This document shows positions 39,073-51,678 of a stretch of DNA of 64,000 nucleotides, piece by piece. Every line of letters begins with the position of its first letter. Within the stretch, counting starts at the first letter, position 1. The notes beneath the pieces were generated by a model that was not told the origin of the DNA, did no database searches, and saw nothing but the letters and a program-made list of their open reading frames with translations. The position numbers and the translations under genes were made by a program. The stretch comes from Octopus sinensis (taxonomy: Eukaryota), in contig NC_043017.1 of the NCBI RefSeq assembly GCF_006345805.1, forward strand, positions 29,698,001-29,762,000, in the 5' to 3' direction.

Positions 39073-39782
39073 GTAGCTCTACATATAAATAAAAATGCTG
39101 TTTTTTCTCTTGCCTAGAAGTGCATCTAGAGTTTCAATGGAAGAGCAGAAGCAATATTACAAGCGATAAAGAAAATGTTTATTAAAAGAGATATGTTGAA
39201 AATAATATACATATATTCTGCACATAAAATGTTTTTATATTTCAGAGCAATTACCTACACAATACTTCACACTGTGTCCAGATGTTGCAAACACACTCGG
39301 GCATTAAACACAGACGTGGCGATTACCGCCTATATAGTTTTCAACACCAAAGTTTTGTATATCCCAAAAAAAATAACGTTCACTGACAGAATGTGTAGCC
39401 CCATCTGTCTTCATAAATTATAGTGTGAAACGCACATGAACAGTTTATAATAAAAATCAGGTCGGACAAAATATTTTTGACATAAATTTCAATAATAAAA
39501 ACTACAGTAGTATATACCGTATAATATATAGGCGCTGGCGTCGGCTAGTATTTCTAAGAAGCTTGATTTGGTGCCAAGGCATTAGGGGTTCGGTCCCACA
39601 GCTAGGCAACTTGGATAAGTTTCTTCTACTGTAGGCTTAGGCCGACCAATGCGTTGAGTAAATTCAACACATAAAAAAGGAAAATACGCGGAGCCTGTCA
39701 TATATCAGAGTGTATGTTTGTGTGTTTCTTGTGTGTGCCTCGGTAAGCTTATGTATGTATATATACATATAAATAATAAATG

Positions 39783-40020
39783 CACCCTTTTAAAGCCAGG
39801 CTCATGGGCCCAGTTTCCCGGTTTCAATGGCTTATGTGTTCCCCAGCTGGACGGGACGCCATTCCATCGCAGCGTTACTCATTTTTGCCAGCTGAGTGGA
39901 CAGGAGCAACGTGAAATAAAATTATTTGCTCAAGAACACAACGCGTCGTCCGGTCCAGGTATTGAAACCACAATCTTACGATCAGGATGTTGACACCCTA
40001 ACCATTAAGCCACGCGCCTC
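39783..40020 (-). mobile_element. SINE family C (tRNA head, V/CORE-like central motif)
   Basis: Minus strand GAGGCGCGTGGCTTAATGGTTAGGG...GGTTTCAATACC...GCGTTGTGTTCTTGAGCAA...CACGTTGCTCC.GTCCACTCAGCTG. Confidence 0.8.
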
Positions 40021-40811
40021 TACACATATATACCTATACATATATATTTTGTTTTCTTGTGAATCTATTAGCCCCCGCCCACCTTACCTTTTCACGACAG
40101 TGGTTTGTTTCTTTATTGATTTAGAAGTGCGGCACAGGAAATCGATTGATTTATACCAGACTTAAGAGAAGTAAATACTGGGATCTATTCACTCCAGTAA
40201 AGAAAGATTGAACGCAGTGTCCCAGTATGGTTACAATCCGGTGAGCAAAAACATTACAAAATAAAAGATTACCAAAAAAAAACCATGCCGAAAATGTATC
40301 AAAAAATAAGCATCAGTTTTGAACACGGAACACTTCTATTCATGTCTTCCATTGAACATTTTTATCAAACTTCTAAATATTCCTAAAGCAAAAATATTTC
40401 TTTAACATTTCTAAGCATATTCTTCAACATGTAACTCATTCTTGATTCATGAAAGGAATTTCTCAAAGCATGAACAGGAAACATGATAATAATTATTGGA
40501 TAATATGCAAAGAAACAATCGCTGGATGATTACGTGCATATGAACAACATACATTTGTAATCAAGTATTCTTTGATGTGTTAATCCTAATGGATACATTC
40601 AGCTTGCATATTTTTAGTTTACCTCACCGCTGATGCTTCCCTTATGTGTTCTGCCATCTTGTATACATTCACATACATACGTTTATATATGTGAAATGTA
40701 TGTAGGTGCGTAATGTGTATGGATGTATGTATAAATTCATATTTGTAAACAGACACATACACACATATATATATTTATATTCATAAAGTATGTAGCTGTA
40801 TATGTATGTAT

Positions 40812-40870
<59 letters not shown>

Positions 40871-40988
40871 CATATATATATATATATACATATATATATG
40901 TGCGTGTGTGTGTGTGTATATATATATGTATGAATTATATATATATATATATATTTATCTTTCTCGCTATATATTTATACACACACAC

Positions 40989-41020
<32 letters not shown>

Positions 41021-41046
41021 TTATATTTCTCACTATATATGTATAA

Positions 41047-41078
<32 letters not shown>

Positions 41079-41735
41079 TTATACCTCCATTCATAATTTA
41101 TATATGTATGTATATGATGTCTATGCAAATACAATACATAAGAGCAGAACAAAATTGAATCTTGAAAACCCATCATTATTTAGCGTTTACCTCTTTTCGT
41201 TTTACATTTTTTCCCCCATTTTTTTTTAATGATCAATCTGAAAGAAACAGATATAGCACTATTTTCAGTGACTTGGTAATATTAACTCTATGTTATATTC
41301 ACTTATTAAAGAAAATAACCGATGTATCTTCTCAAAATGCAAGCTTCCATTGTTCACATCATTTGACAAATAAAAAATTGCAGCTTCTCTACTCTGTGGG
41401 TATCGGAAAAGAAATACGTAGTTACGTTTGAATAGTTTCAGAAAAGAACTTTTCTACCTCGTCCAACCCATCACAGCATTCTTCATATAACTATTGAAGA
41501 CGAACTTCAAGGGAGATTGCAATTCGTTGCCTTTAAATTTACTGAAACCTGAGAGTGAGAATGGTAAATATGGTGCTTTTAAATCTCACACTAAAATGCG
41601 CTGAGGCGGTTTAACGATTCTTCAACCTCGACTCAACAAAGTGATGGGCTGCATTTCTTTCGGCTTTAAGCTCCTCCGAGTACAAATTTTGCCCCGGTCG
41701 ATTTTGCATTTCATCATTCCGTAGTTGCTTATAAA

Positions 41736-41945
41736 AACGTTAGCACGCTGGGTGAAATGCGTAGCCGTATTTCGTCTGCCGTTATGTTCTGAGTTCTAAT
41801 TCCACCGAGGTCGACTTTGCCTTTCATCCTTTCGGGGTCGATAAATTAAGTACCAGTTACGAACTGGGGTCGATGTAATCGACTTAATCCGTTTGTCTGT
41901 CCTTGTTTGTCCCCTCTGTGTTCAGCCCCTTGTGGGTAATAAAAA
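41736..41945 (+). mobile_element. Young SINE family B (5' end missing)
   Basis: Near-identical to the reverse complement of 10280-10500. Confidence 0.9.
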
Positions 41946-42088
41946 TATATATAAATTGTAGTTGAGGACCGCAGGTCGATGTAATAACTGAATCAACACT
42001 ATCAAGGTTCCATGTTTTGTTCAAATAATAATAATAATAATGATAATAATAATAATAATAATTATTATTATTATTACTATTATTATTA

Positions 42089-42326
42089 CTTTTTACTCTT
42101 TTACTTGTTTCAGTCATTTGACAGTCACCATGCTGGAGCACCGCATTTAGTCGAGCAAATGGACCCCAGGACTTATTCTTTGTAAGCCTAGTACTTATTC
42201 TATCGATCTCTTTTGCCGAACTGCTAAGTTACGGGGACGTCAACACACCAGCATAGGCTGTCAAGCGATGTTGGGAGACAAACACAGACACACAAACATA
42301 TACACACACATACACATATATACGAC
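42089..42326 (-). mobile_element. SINE family A, 3' half
   Basis: TTTTACTCTTTTACTTGTTTCAGTCATTTGAC...CATGCTGGAGCACCGC tail. Confidence 0.88.
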
Positions 42327-42351
42327 GTGTGACCCTCCTAAAGGTTGCCAT

Positions 42352-42740
42352 TATCAAAGCACGAGCGGGCAGAATAGTTATCACGCTGGACAAAATGCTT
42401 ACAGATAATTCGCCCGTTGCGAAATAAATTAAGTACCACCCGGGTGAAGGGTCGATGTAATCGACTACACCCTCCCCACTAAAAAAACTTCAGGCATAGA
42501 AAGGATTATTATTATTATTATTATAAGATGGTGAGCTGGCAGAGTGTTAAGCACGCCGGGCAAAATGCTTAGCGGCATTTCGTTATTCTTTGCTTTCTGA
42601 GTTTAAATTCCGCCGAGGTCGACTTTGCTTTTCATCCTTTCGGCTTCGATAAATTAAGTACCAGGGATACATGTGGGTCGATGTAATCGACTTGTCTCTC
42701 TTGCCGAAATTTCAGGTCTTGTACCTCTAGCAGAAATGAT
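42352..42740 (+). mobile_element. Two head-to-tail SINE family B copies (first internally deleted)
   Basis: Two heads and two GGGTCGATGTAATCGACT cores separated by (ATT)n. Confidence 0.85.
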
Positions 42741-43997
42741 TTTGTGGGCTTGGCATAATCCTGAAACATCAGAAGCACCATTGATATTCTTATACAATCG
42801 TGTCATAGAAGCAGTAAGGATACAGACTAAACGTATGGCAGTGTTCATAAGACCATTCTGAAATACTTGGTTCAAATGCAGCCTAGATTTATTGCTCAGG
42901 GGTAGTTCAAATATGTTACACAGCGCCGACTTCATGAAGCACATTTTGCTCGGATTAAGCTAATCTTAATGATAAAAATGTCTTTCGTATTAAATTCCCA
43001 TATTAAGTTTAAACACGAAGTAGAAAATTAATTCTGCCTGTGTATACAGCTTAATACGTCAATACATAAAGACGAAATAACCAAGGAAATGAAAAGACTT
43101 AGTAAGGTTCCAGTTTTAAGTGATCACTTCGTTTCCTGATGATGGTTTGGCTATTATATAGACACCTGAATGTGTCGTATGTATTATTCAAATTCAGCCA
43201 AGTTTTTGACGGAAGCTGAATTAAATCACTTCCCTCCTGGGCCTGTATGTATGTATTTATGTATGTAAGTGTGTGTATGTATATGTATGTATGTGTGAGG
43301 ATTATGCGTGTGTGAATGTATGTATCTATGTGTATGTAGGCATGTGTGTTATATATGGATGCATGATGTATGTATGCGTGTGCATTTAGATATATTTGTA
43401 GAGACGTACATTCATATATATATGTATATATGTATGTATATATATATATATATATATATGCATATATATATATGTCTATGTATATATATATATGTGTGTG
43501 TAAATACACCTGCACACACAACAATTAAGAGAAAATGAAAGAAATAGAAAGAGGATGAGGGATGGATAGATAGAGAAAGTGAAAAGAAAAGATAGAGATA
43601 GATAGATAGATAGACAGACAAATAGAGAGAGAATATTAGGTAAATGCTTATACCATTTCACTACGTACATAAACGAGATGACTGCGTACACATGCGAATG
43701 CAAGACAAAAAGAAAGATAACATTTTATTCGCATAGTAAAGTGTAAAGGAAATTGCTAGATTAGAAATAAATTGTCGTTTCCCGTAGCCATATGTGCACT
43801 GGATTCACTTCGATGAAATTTGAAAGATAACCAAGACACCAACGATTATTTAATAAAGTTTTGTACGGTGCTGAAGTAATTTCACACACATTTCCCGTTA
43901 AATGTGTGTCATTCATTTTGATCGATAAAAACTTGTCATACTTATCGTGGTGCCAGCCTTAATTTGTATCAAACCACTGAAAATATTAGATTTATGG

Positions 43998-44028
<31 letters not shown>

Positions 44029-44094
44029 CATACACACACATACATACATATACGTACACACAGATATATAAATATATATATATATTTATTTATT

Positions 44095-44297
44095 GTGACC
44101 GTGTATGTACCGTTGGCGATTTTGTTTCCTTCGTCTTCCCTCCTTTGGATCTTTCCTATTCCTATGTTTCTGACGCAGATCTCCGTCCGAAACGTTAACG
44201 CCCCCCCTTCTTTCCTGAGCGTCCAGTAATGCTATACTTGTTCCACGTCCTCCCGTTGTTGTGTTTTCTCTTTGTGTTCTCATGTTGAGATTAACTA

Positions 44298-44300
<3 letters not shown>
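44095..44300 (+). mobile_element. Repeat H2, probable PLE pLTR remnant with decayed hammerhead
   Basis: GTTT-CTGACGC-AGATCTCCGTCC-GAA-ACGT-T-AAC inside a pyrimidine-rich unit between TA tracts. Confidence 0.5.
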
Positions 44301-44354
<54 letters not shown>

Positions 44355-44667
44355 GTCTCACTCGTTAAGAAATTTTCTTGTAATATCGATGTGACTGGTG
44401 GTTCTTTTTTTCTCTTTCAGCCACTGTGAGGTATTTTTGTATTTTGAGTGAAATGTTGGCAGACGCAGGCTATTCAGACGCAGGCTTTCTGGCATTCACT
44501 TGCATTTTCTCTTAAGAGACACAGAACAGCAATGCTGTAGCAAGCGATATCAAAGCGGCTGAGAAATTACATACATCTATCTATCTATCTATCTATCTAT
44601 CTGTGTATCCATATATCTATCTACATACATACATTTTTGCACATACATACATGCACACATACAAACA

Positions 44668-44778
44668 AAAATACCCTCTTGTTGATGTTGAATTTCCAAT
44701 GAAGGAACCTTGGATCCAGGTTAGAAACCCTTTCTTTATTGTCAAGAAATCTCGAAATGAACTAAATAATGACATATA
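44668..44778 (+). repeat. Short interspersed repeat, unclassified (copy 2 of 2)
   Basis: Homologous to 20085-20185. Confidence 0.75.
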
Positions 44779-45249
44779 TATATATATGTGTGTGAGTGTC
44801 CGATGATGTCTTAGCTGACCGGAACTTCGAAGTCAAAGTCACCAACATTTTTGTTTATTTATAATAAATTTGTACTCTACAAGAGTATAGAAAAACCTGC
44901 TAGATTAATGTAAAATTGTTTTTTTTATTATAACTGAACCTACAATCAAGCATTAAGATATAATATATAAGTGAGTGTTCGTATGAGTGTGTTTGCATAA
45001 ATGAATGCAAGAGCGAAAGTCAAACGCATTTGATAGGAACTACATTTATGCGTAACAACTGTCTGACTCAACCGCCATATCACTTAAAGTGCACTCGTAC
45101 GATACGTCTAGCTCAGCAGGTATAACATATGATAAAAAGATAGAGCTGAGTCAAACTGATTTTAACTATGTTTACCTATGCATACATAAATGTATGCTTA
45201 CGAACATACATACATTCATACACATGAGTGTGTATGCATATATATATAT

Positions 45250-45287
<38 letters not shown>

Positions 45288-45607
45288 ATGGGCTTTTGTA
45301 TGTTCCTGTCTACCAAACCTACTTTCTTGATCCCCACCCAATCCTGTTCATATAAAATTCTAATACTTCTGGTATATTTTCATATAACAGCGACATCAGA
45401 TACTAAAATGATTGTTCCGTTTCCCTCTTCTTCAAATTGTACATAAAAAATATTTTTATATATATTTAGTATATAAAATATCTCGTTACTGCTACTATTC
45501 TTTATTACTAATGCTACAATTACTACTTTGTAACAAAAGCAAGAACACTACTATTACTACTACTATTACTAATGATAATAATAATAACAATAATAATAAC
45601 AACAATA

Positions 45608-46117
45608 CTGGTTTCAAATTTTGGCACAAGGACAGCAACTCGGGAAAAGGGGATCAGTCGATTACATCAACACCTGGCGGAATTTACTACTACTAATAAT
45701 AATCCTTATTGCATAGGGTCTGAAATTGTTGGGGATGTGGGGCGAGTTGATTACATCGACCCCAGTGCCCGACTGATACTTTTTTTCATAGAGTCCGAAA
45801 AGTTGGAACGCAAAGCGAACCCCGGCGGAATTTGAACTTAGAAGATGAAGACGAAATGTTATTAATCATATTTCCAGGCGTGCTAACGATTCTGCCAACT
45901 GGCCACCTTAATAAGAACAACAACAATATTGAGCCACAAGACCTTAAACTATGGAAGGGGACTTAGTCGATCACATAGATTGCAGTGTTTCATTGTTAAT
46001 TAATTTATCAACCCCGAATGGATGAAATACAAAGTCGACCTCCGCGGGATTTGAACTCAGAACTTAAGGACTGGCGAATTTCCCGGCGTGATAACGATTT
46101 TGCCAGCTCACCGTCTC
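45608..46117 (-). mobile_element. Three tandem decayed SINE family B copies
   Basis: Repeated ..GATTACATCGAC and GGCGGAATTTGAACT / GCTAACGATTCTGCCA blocks separated by (TAA/CAA)n. Confidence 0.82.
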
Positions 46118-46166
46118 AACAACAACAATAGTAGTAATTGTAGCAGTAATAATAATAATAATAATA

Positions 46167-46679
46167 AAATGCCCTGATGCAGTACCAGGCAGTGGCTCTC
46201 GTTTCTGATCTTAACTGATTGGGAGTGTTATCATGTACCTTGTTTTGTCTTGCTATAAAAGAGGGGTTACAGCAAATATTCTGCTCAATACCACAGATTT
46301 GCTTGTCAGTTGATTGACCTTAACCGATTGAACATATACTTTAGTGGCTGACGATATGTGCATCTCTGATCACAAGTAGAAGTAGTGGGGGAGCATCATA
46401 GCCATGTGTTGAGAGGGTTTCTTAGGGGTTTCAATAATTCACCTGAGACTTTTTGAGCGGGATGGATTACTCGACCAGAAGAAAATTCTAACTGGGCCCA
46501 ACAACCAAGGTCATGCGCTATTTACCTTTATATGAGATCACCGTGTCGCGCACATATGGTTGTGATGCACGTGCCTAGTGTACCCTTATCATATGGGTAG
46601 TCATGATGGGTGGGTATACTGGTTTTCGTGTATTTTACCCCAGTGTCACCTTGATGGCATGCACTGCTCCCTCACTCAA
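46167..46679 (+). mobile_element. (AAT)n-flanked non-coding repeat family E
   Basis: Bounded by (AAT)n on both sides; its 3' ~220 bp recur inverted at 7444-7661. Confidence 0.75.
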
Positions 46680-46699
46680 TAATAATAATAATAATATAA

Positions 46700-47175
46700 A
46701 AAGATCAGACAAAAAGGATGTGTTTATTAATTGACATGAGTATTCCTTGTGATCACAGTATAGCGGCGAAAGAACTTGACAAGATTAGTAAACATAAAGA
46801 CCTGCTAATAGAAATTGAAAAAATGTGGCATCTCAAGGCGACTATAGTACCAGTGATTGTAGGATCTCTAGGAATGATAAAAAAAGGTACTGAAAACTAT
46901 TTGAAAATGATTCCAGGCTTACCATCGCTACAGGAAATGCAAAAAATCGTATTAACTGGAACGGCTCATGTACTGATGAATAGCACTATCGCTGTGAAAA
47001 TAACATCCATCCATGAATTTATTTATTCATTAATTTTTAAATACATATTTTATCTGTGAATTTGCGCGTGTAATCTGGGAATGCATACAATGCCCTTCTC
47101 TGCCCTAGGTGTATGGAAAACACTCGGCGAGAAACGGAAGAAAATTTGAAGAAAGAAGAAAAAAAAAAAAAATAA
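46700..47175 (+). mobile_element. 3' end of an R4/Dong-like non-LTR retrotransposon (restriction-like endonuclease C-terminus + 3' UTR)
   Basis: KDQTKRMCLLIDMSIPCDHSIAAKELDKISKHKDLLIEIEKMW...VPVIVGSLG...LQEMQKIVLTGTAHVL matches the REL motif; embedded in (AAT)n. Confidence 0.85.
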
Positions 47176-47599
47176 TAATAATGGTAACAAGAACAATAAT
47201 GAAAATAATTAACGTAAAGTTTTCAGAAACTGTAACATTGGTGATATTCCTGAATCATGGGATTTTGTAAATATAAGAACCGAGTTAATTATTCGACTGT
47301 TTTCGCATCAGAACTAACCACATTTTGGTTAAATATAATGATTAAAAGAAAATGTTTAATACTATTGTCTGCCAAGACAGCAAGTGAGACTGCACTAGAG
47401 GCGTCAGCATTATTTCTTAACATCATTATTGCTTCTTAAGAGCAGCCTTTAGGTACCTCAATACTGAACGAGGAGATTCAAGGAGATCATTCCAGTGTTT
47501 AGATAGATAGTCTAAAGTTTAATATTATATAATTGTATCAGTTATATTTTTGTTTGTGAAAGCAAAACATACGCATCACTTGTAACCGCAGAGGAATCT

Positions 47600-47940
47600 T
47601 TCACTTATAAACAAATGTAGCAATATTAATTCCACAAAATAGAGAGTGTGTTAATTAGTAAAATAAAACAAATTATAGAACGAAATAGCCGGACTAAAAT
47701 TAGCTCCCATGGTAGGTTTGCAATACATCTAGATTGTAGGGCATTTTCAAAGTTTCCAAATGTTTTTTTCACATTGGGTGGTATTGAACTCAATGTTCCG
47801 ATGACAATAAGGATAACATTTATGTTTAACTCCCGTGGATGCCACATCTTAGAGATCTCAATTCTCAGCTCTCCATATTTATCAACTTTGTTTCTTTCAT
47901 GATATGCTGAACTGGCACTGCTAAATCAATTATTGGGCAC
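47600..47940 (-). mobile_element. Second, divergent R4/Dong-like REL fragment
   Basis: Minus strand IIDLAVP / KVDKYGELRIEISKMW...VILIVIGTL with a frameshift. Confidence 0.75.
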
Positions 47941-47945
47941 TTTGT

Positions 47946-48070
47946 GTGTCCCTCCTAAAGGTTGCTATTCTCAAGGCACGAGCTGGCAGAATAGTTATCA
48001 CGCTGGACAAAATGCTTAGAGGTATTTCGCCCGTTGCGAAATAAATTAAGTACCAGTTGAGTACTGCAAC
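47946..48070 (+). mobile_element. Internally deleted SINE family B variant with upstream flank
   Basis: Same deletion junction (CCGTTGCG|AAATAAATTAAGTACCA) and upstream flank as 42327-42438. Confidence 0.8.
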
Positions 48071-48115
48071 ATAGGAAAAAAGACCTGCATAGTCGTTTGT
48101 TGGTTTATTTTCGTA

Positions 48116-48492
48116 TAGGCGCAGGAGTGACTGTGTGGTAAGTAGCTTGTTTACCAGCCACATGGTTCCGGGTTCGGCCCCACTGCGTGGCACCTTGGGC
48201 TAGTATCTTCTACTATAGCCTCGGGCCGACCAAAGCCTTGTGAGTGGATTTGGTATATGGAAACTGAAAGAAGCCCGTCGAATATATGTATATGCGTGTG
48301 TGTGTGTTTGTCCCCCTAACATTGCTTGACAACCGATGCTGGTGTGTTTATGTCCCCGTTACTTAGCGGTTCGGCAAAAGAGAACGATAGAATAAGTACT
48401 GAGCTTACAAAAGAATAAGTCCCGGGGTCGAGTTGCTCGATTAAAAGGCGGTGCTCCAGCATGGCCGCAGTCAAATGACTGAAACAAGTAAA
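48116..48492 (+). mobile_element. Full-length SINE family A
   Basis: Complete head, body and GGTGCTCCAGCATGGCCGCAGTCAAATGACTGAAACAAG tail. Confidence 0.93.
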
Positions 48493-49679
48493 TGTGTAAG
48501 AGTATATAAATGTGAAATTGCCGAAAGTTGTATGTTTGCGTGTCTTATTAACCAAAACAAGTAAAACAATGAAAAACTATGCCATTTTAATCCTAAGAAA
48601 GGCCGGGTATCTCTCTATGTCTACTAAATATTAGTGAAAAGGGCGGACTTTGTTTTGCAAGCAGTTGTACAGGCAAACGTGATAGTTAATGTAGTCGGGT
48701 TGAGCTGAAAATTTGCACACCTATGTAACAAGTGCTGGCGAGTTTACATGGCAACTTTGAGTTTGCCCAATTGAAGGGTGCGGCAAAATTCCTCATCTTT
48801 TAAAGTGTGGTCCGCGTAGATCCGAATGAAATCGTGTTATAATACTGAAACAAATAAAACAATGATAAACTAATTTAATACCGAGCATGTTAGTATATAA
48901 ATGCGACGCTTATTTCTATTTCTTAGTGATTTTAACTTCCGGTGTTGTCGCATTCTATCCCACTATCTTTACATTTCTAACCGAGATATCCTTCAAGTTT
49001 TACTGATGAGAGAATAATAATGCTCTAAATTGAAATTATAGAAGTCAATACACAGATGTATATAGGTTTATTCTCTGTTAAAATGGTGTAATTGACGCGG
49101 AAACAAATTCAAAATAAGAAAGTTTCCTAAGTAAATAATGGATTTTACAGAGATGAATGGTGAGGTGCATTCAAACACATTCGATATTCGATACATCTAA
49201 AGATGTCGCTAAAAAACGATAGGTAAAAATTAACATCCCTTATCCCATCAATATTGTAAATTTATAGGATATTATTTTCAACTTCAACGCAGTAAAATAC
49301 ACACCTTACAGAGAATTTCCTAAACAAGTTTTCTGGATCAAAACAGACTCTTGCCATTCACTCATAGTTTTGAGAAACCTGGTTACTATAATAAAGCCAA
49401 CGGCCATCTAGTTATAAAGAAATATCTTTCATAATGCATTATAAGCTAGTAAAGTTGAAGATAAGCTCGTTTCGGTCATTCAGTTCAAAGGAGATAACGT
49501 CTAACTTAATCTGCTTCTCTCCGATACATTATATATTAAGTTAAATATTGCTTACGCTTGGTCGCTTCCTATTTGACAACTGATACTCACTTTTCTTTAA
49601 CTGAGATATAGCTCCACTGCTAATATAAAAAGACATTTAACACACTGTAAATTGAAATTAAATATGATTCTATATAGGG

Positions 49680-49812
49680 AGAGTTTACGAAAAACGCAAA
49701 AGACGAAGACAGGTGGTGTACAAAACAAACAGATGTATTAATATAAAGCTCAGGAATAGAAAAAATGTCTTTTACGTTTCGAGCCTACACTCTTCTACAG
49801 AAAGGGACATGG
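49680..49812 (-). mobile_element. Repeat family H1, copy 3
   Basis: Homologous to 1241-1380 and 27600-27770. Confidence 0.65.
49769..49804 (-). ncRNA. Minimal type I hammerhead-like motif (H1)
   Basis: CTTT-CTGTAGAA-GAGT-GTAG-GCTC-GAA-ACGT-A-AAAG. Confidence 0.45.
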
Positions 49813-50152
49813 ACTTTGTATCTACACTTTACGGATTCTGTTTTGGACATTTACCCTCCGGCTACACTTCTCCTACCTACGGATAACTGTGGACTCTACT
49901 CTTGACTATGTATACTCTGTTTCTGTTATATAATGCTTCAATGAACTAATATGGAAGAACATGCACACTACTACGAAAAATTCTAAATATTTCGCTAGAA
50001 AACTGAAAAAAATATTACAACAAAGAGGATTTTCGATGGGTAACAAACGAGGAACAAGCAACACACGTTCCATCTTACCAAGAGTAATAGTGTTGAGTCG
50101 AATAGGTGACTGTTTAAATGACTGCGATCTTTCCACTATCTAGTTTCATATA

Positions 50153-50534
50153 TGGAAGCACTCCGTCGGTTACGACGACGAGGGTTCCGGTTGATCCGAA
50201 TCAACGGAACGGCCTGCTCGTGAAATTAACGTGTAAGTGGCTGAGCACTCCACAGACACGTGTACCCTTAACGTAGTTCTCGGGGATATTCAGCGTGACA
50301 CAGAGAGTGACAAGGCCGGCCCATTGAAATACAGGTACAACAGAAACAGGAAGTAAGAGTGAGAGAAAGTTGTGGTGAAAGAGTACAGCAGGGATCACCA
50401 CCATCCCCTGCCGGAGCCTCGTGGAGCTTTAGGTGTTTTCGCTCAATAGATACTCACAACGCCCGGTCTGGGAATCGAAACCGCGATCCTATGACCGCGA
50501 GTCCACTGCTCTAACCACTGGGCCATTGCGCCTC
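50153..50534 (-). mobile_element. Full-length SINE family D
   Basis: A box TGGCCCAGTGG, B box GGTTTCGATTCC; 11-bp TSD AGTTTCATATA (50142-50152 / 50536-50546). Confidence 0.93.
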
Positions 50535-51319
50535 AAGTTTCATATATAGAGAAAATGTATTTGAACTCGTATGTGCATACATATGTGTGTGTCTACAGGT
50601 GCAAGTAAGTATGTTTGTGTGTTTGGAAGGATGTATATATACATGTGTGTGTGTATGAATGTATGTATATATACGCAATTTCGTATAATTACAGTCAACG
50701 AAGGAATGTGTATTGAGAAGTATGCTTGGATCATAATAAGAAAATTACGTTTATTTTCTGTCATTAATTATTCTAATTACGTTTATTTTCTATAACGACC
50801 GAAGCTCGATAGTATTAAAATGTAAATACGAAATTTTAAAGATAATTACATAAAATGACTCGGAGTTATATGCCGTTTTATATTTCAGTTATTATCAATA
50901 AATATTCTTAGATATTTATGAAATCCGTGATAAACTTTAATTAAAATTAATAATAATTACGAGGCCACAATTTATGAAGGTAGGAAATAAGAATATCTTA
51001 CCTTCACATCACTATATTTATTTGGAATTCATTTTCAACGGTTTATAGAAATCTCCTCTAACTCACTACATATAATGTCACACCAATAAAGTATCTTCTA
51101 TCACATTACTTGACCTGCTAAAATAGGAGGCACATTTCTCCCAAATCACAGCTTGTTATTTGAACAGAAGGCGTAATAGATTATATAGCCACGAGTATCC
51201 TGTCTCAAAATCAGGCTGGAATCACTCCGAACATATTTCAAGCTAGTATATGATAAAAGCTAGAATTTTGCAACATTTCTACAGGCATACATGTATATAT
51301 ATTCATTTCAAATTGTGAC

Positions 51320-51678
51320 AGAAAGCCAGCAATTTCATCAACCCCAGTGTTGTACTTATTTTATTGACCCCGAAAAGATGAAAGGCAAAGTCGACTTCGC
51401 CGAACATTTTGCTCGGCGTGCAAACGACTCTGGCAGCGCGTCGCCTTATCACACATATATATGGGTTTCAAATTCTGGCTGAAGTCCTGCAATTTCGCAG
51501 GTGCAGATAAGTCACTTACATCGTCTCCAGTGTTTAACTGGAACTTAATTTATAAATCCCTATATGATGAAGGGCAAAGTCGACCTCAGCGGAACTTGAA
51601 CTCAACGTAAAGAGACACAAAATACCGATAAGTATTTTGCCAGGTGTGCAAACTATTCTGTCGGCTCACCGCCTTATT
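51320..51678 (-). mobile_element. Two tandem decayed SINE family B copies
   Basis: Two GAAAGGCAAAGTCGAC cores; both heads are followed on the plus strand by TTA(T)..CACACATATATA. Confidence 0.82.

Noticed and set aside
40628-40657. Minus-strand ATG in good context (MAEHIREASA) followed by a GTGAGG donor
   Set aside because: Only 30 nt with no supporting exon; expected by chance in 64 kb
42654-42944. 96-aa ORF in non-microsatellite DNA
   Set aside because: Its C-terminal part is antisense SINE-B, and there is no recognisable domain or convincing splice pair
50440-50534. tRNA gene-like sequence (also the heads of SINE A, B and C)
   Set aside because: A/B boxes are present, but there is no full cloverleaf and each continues into a SINE body
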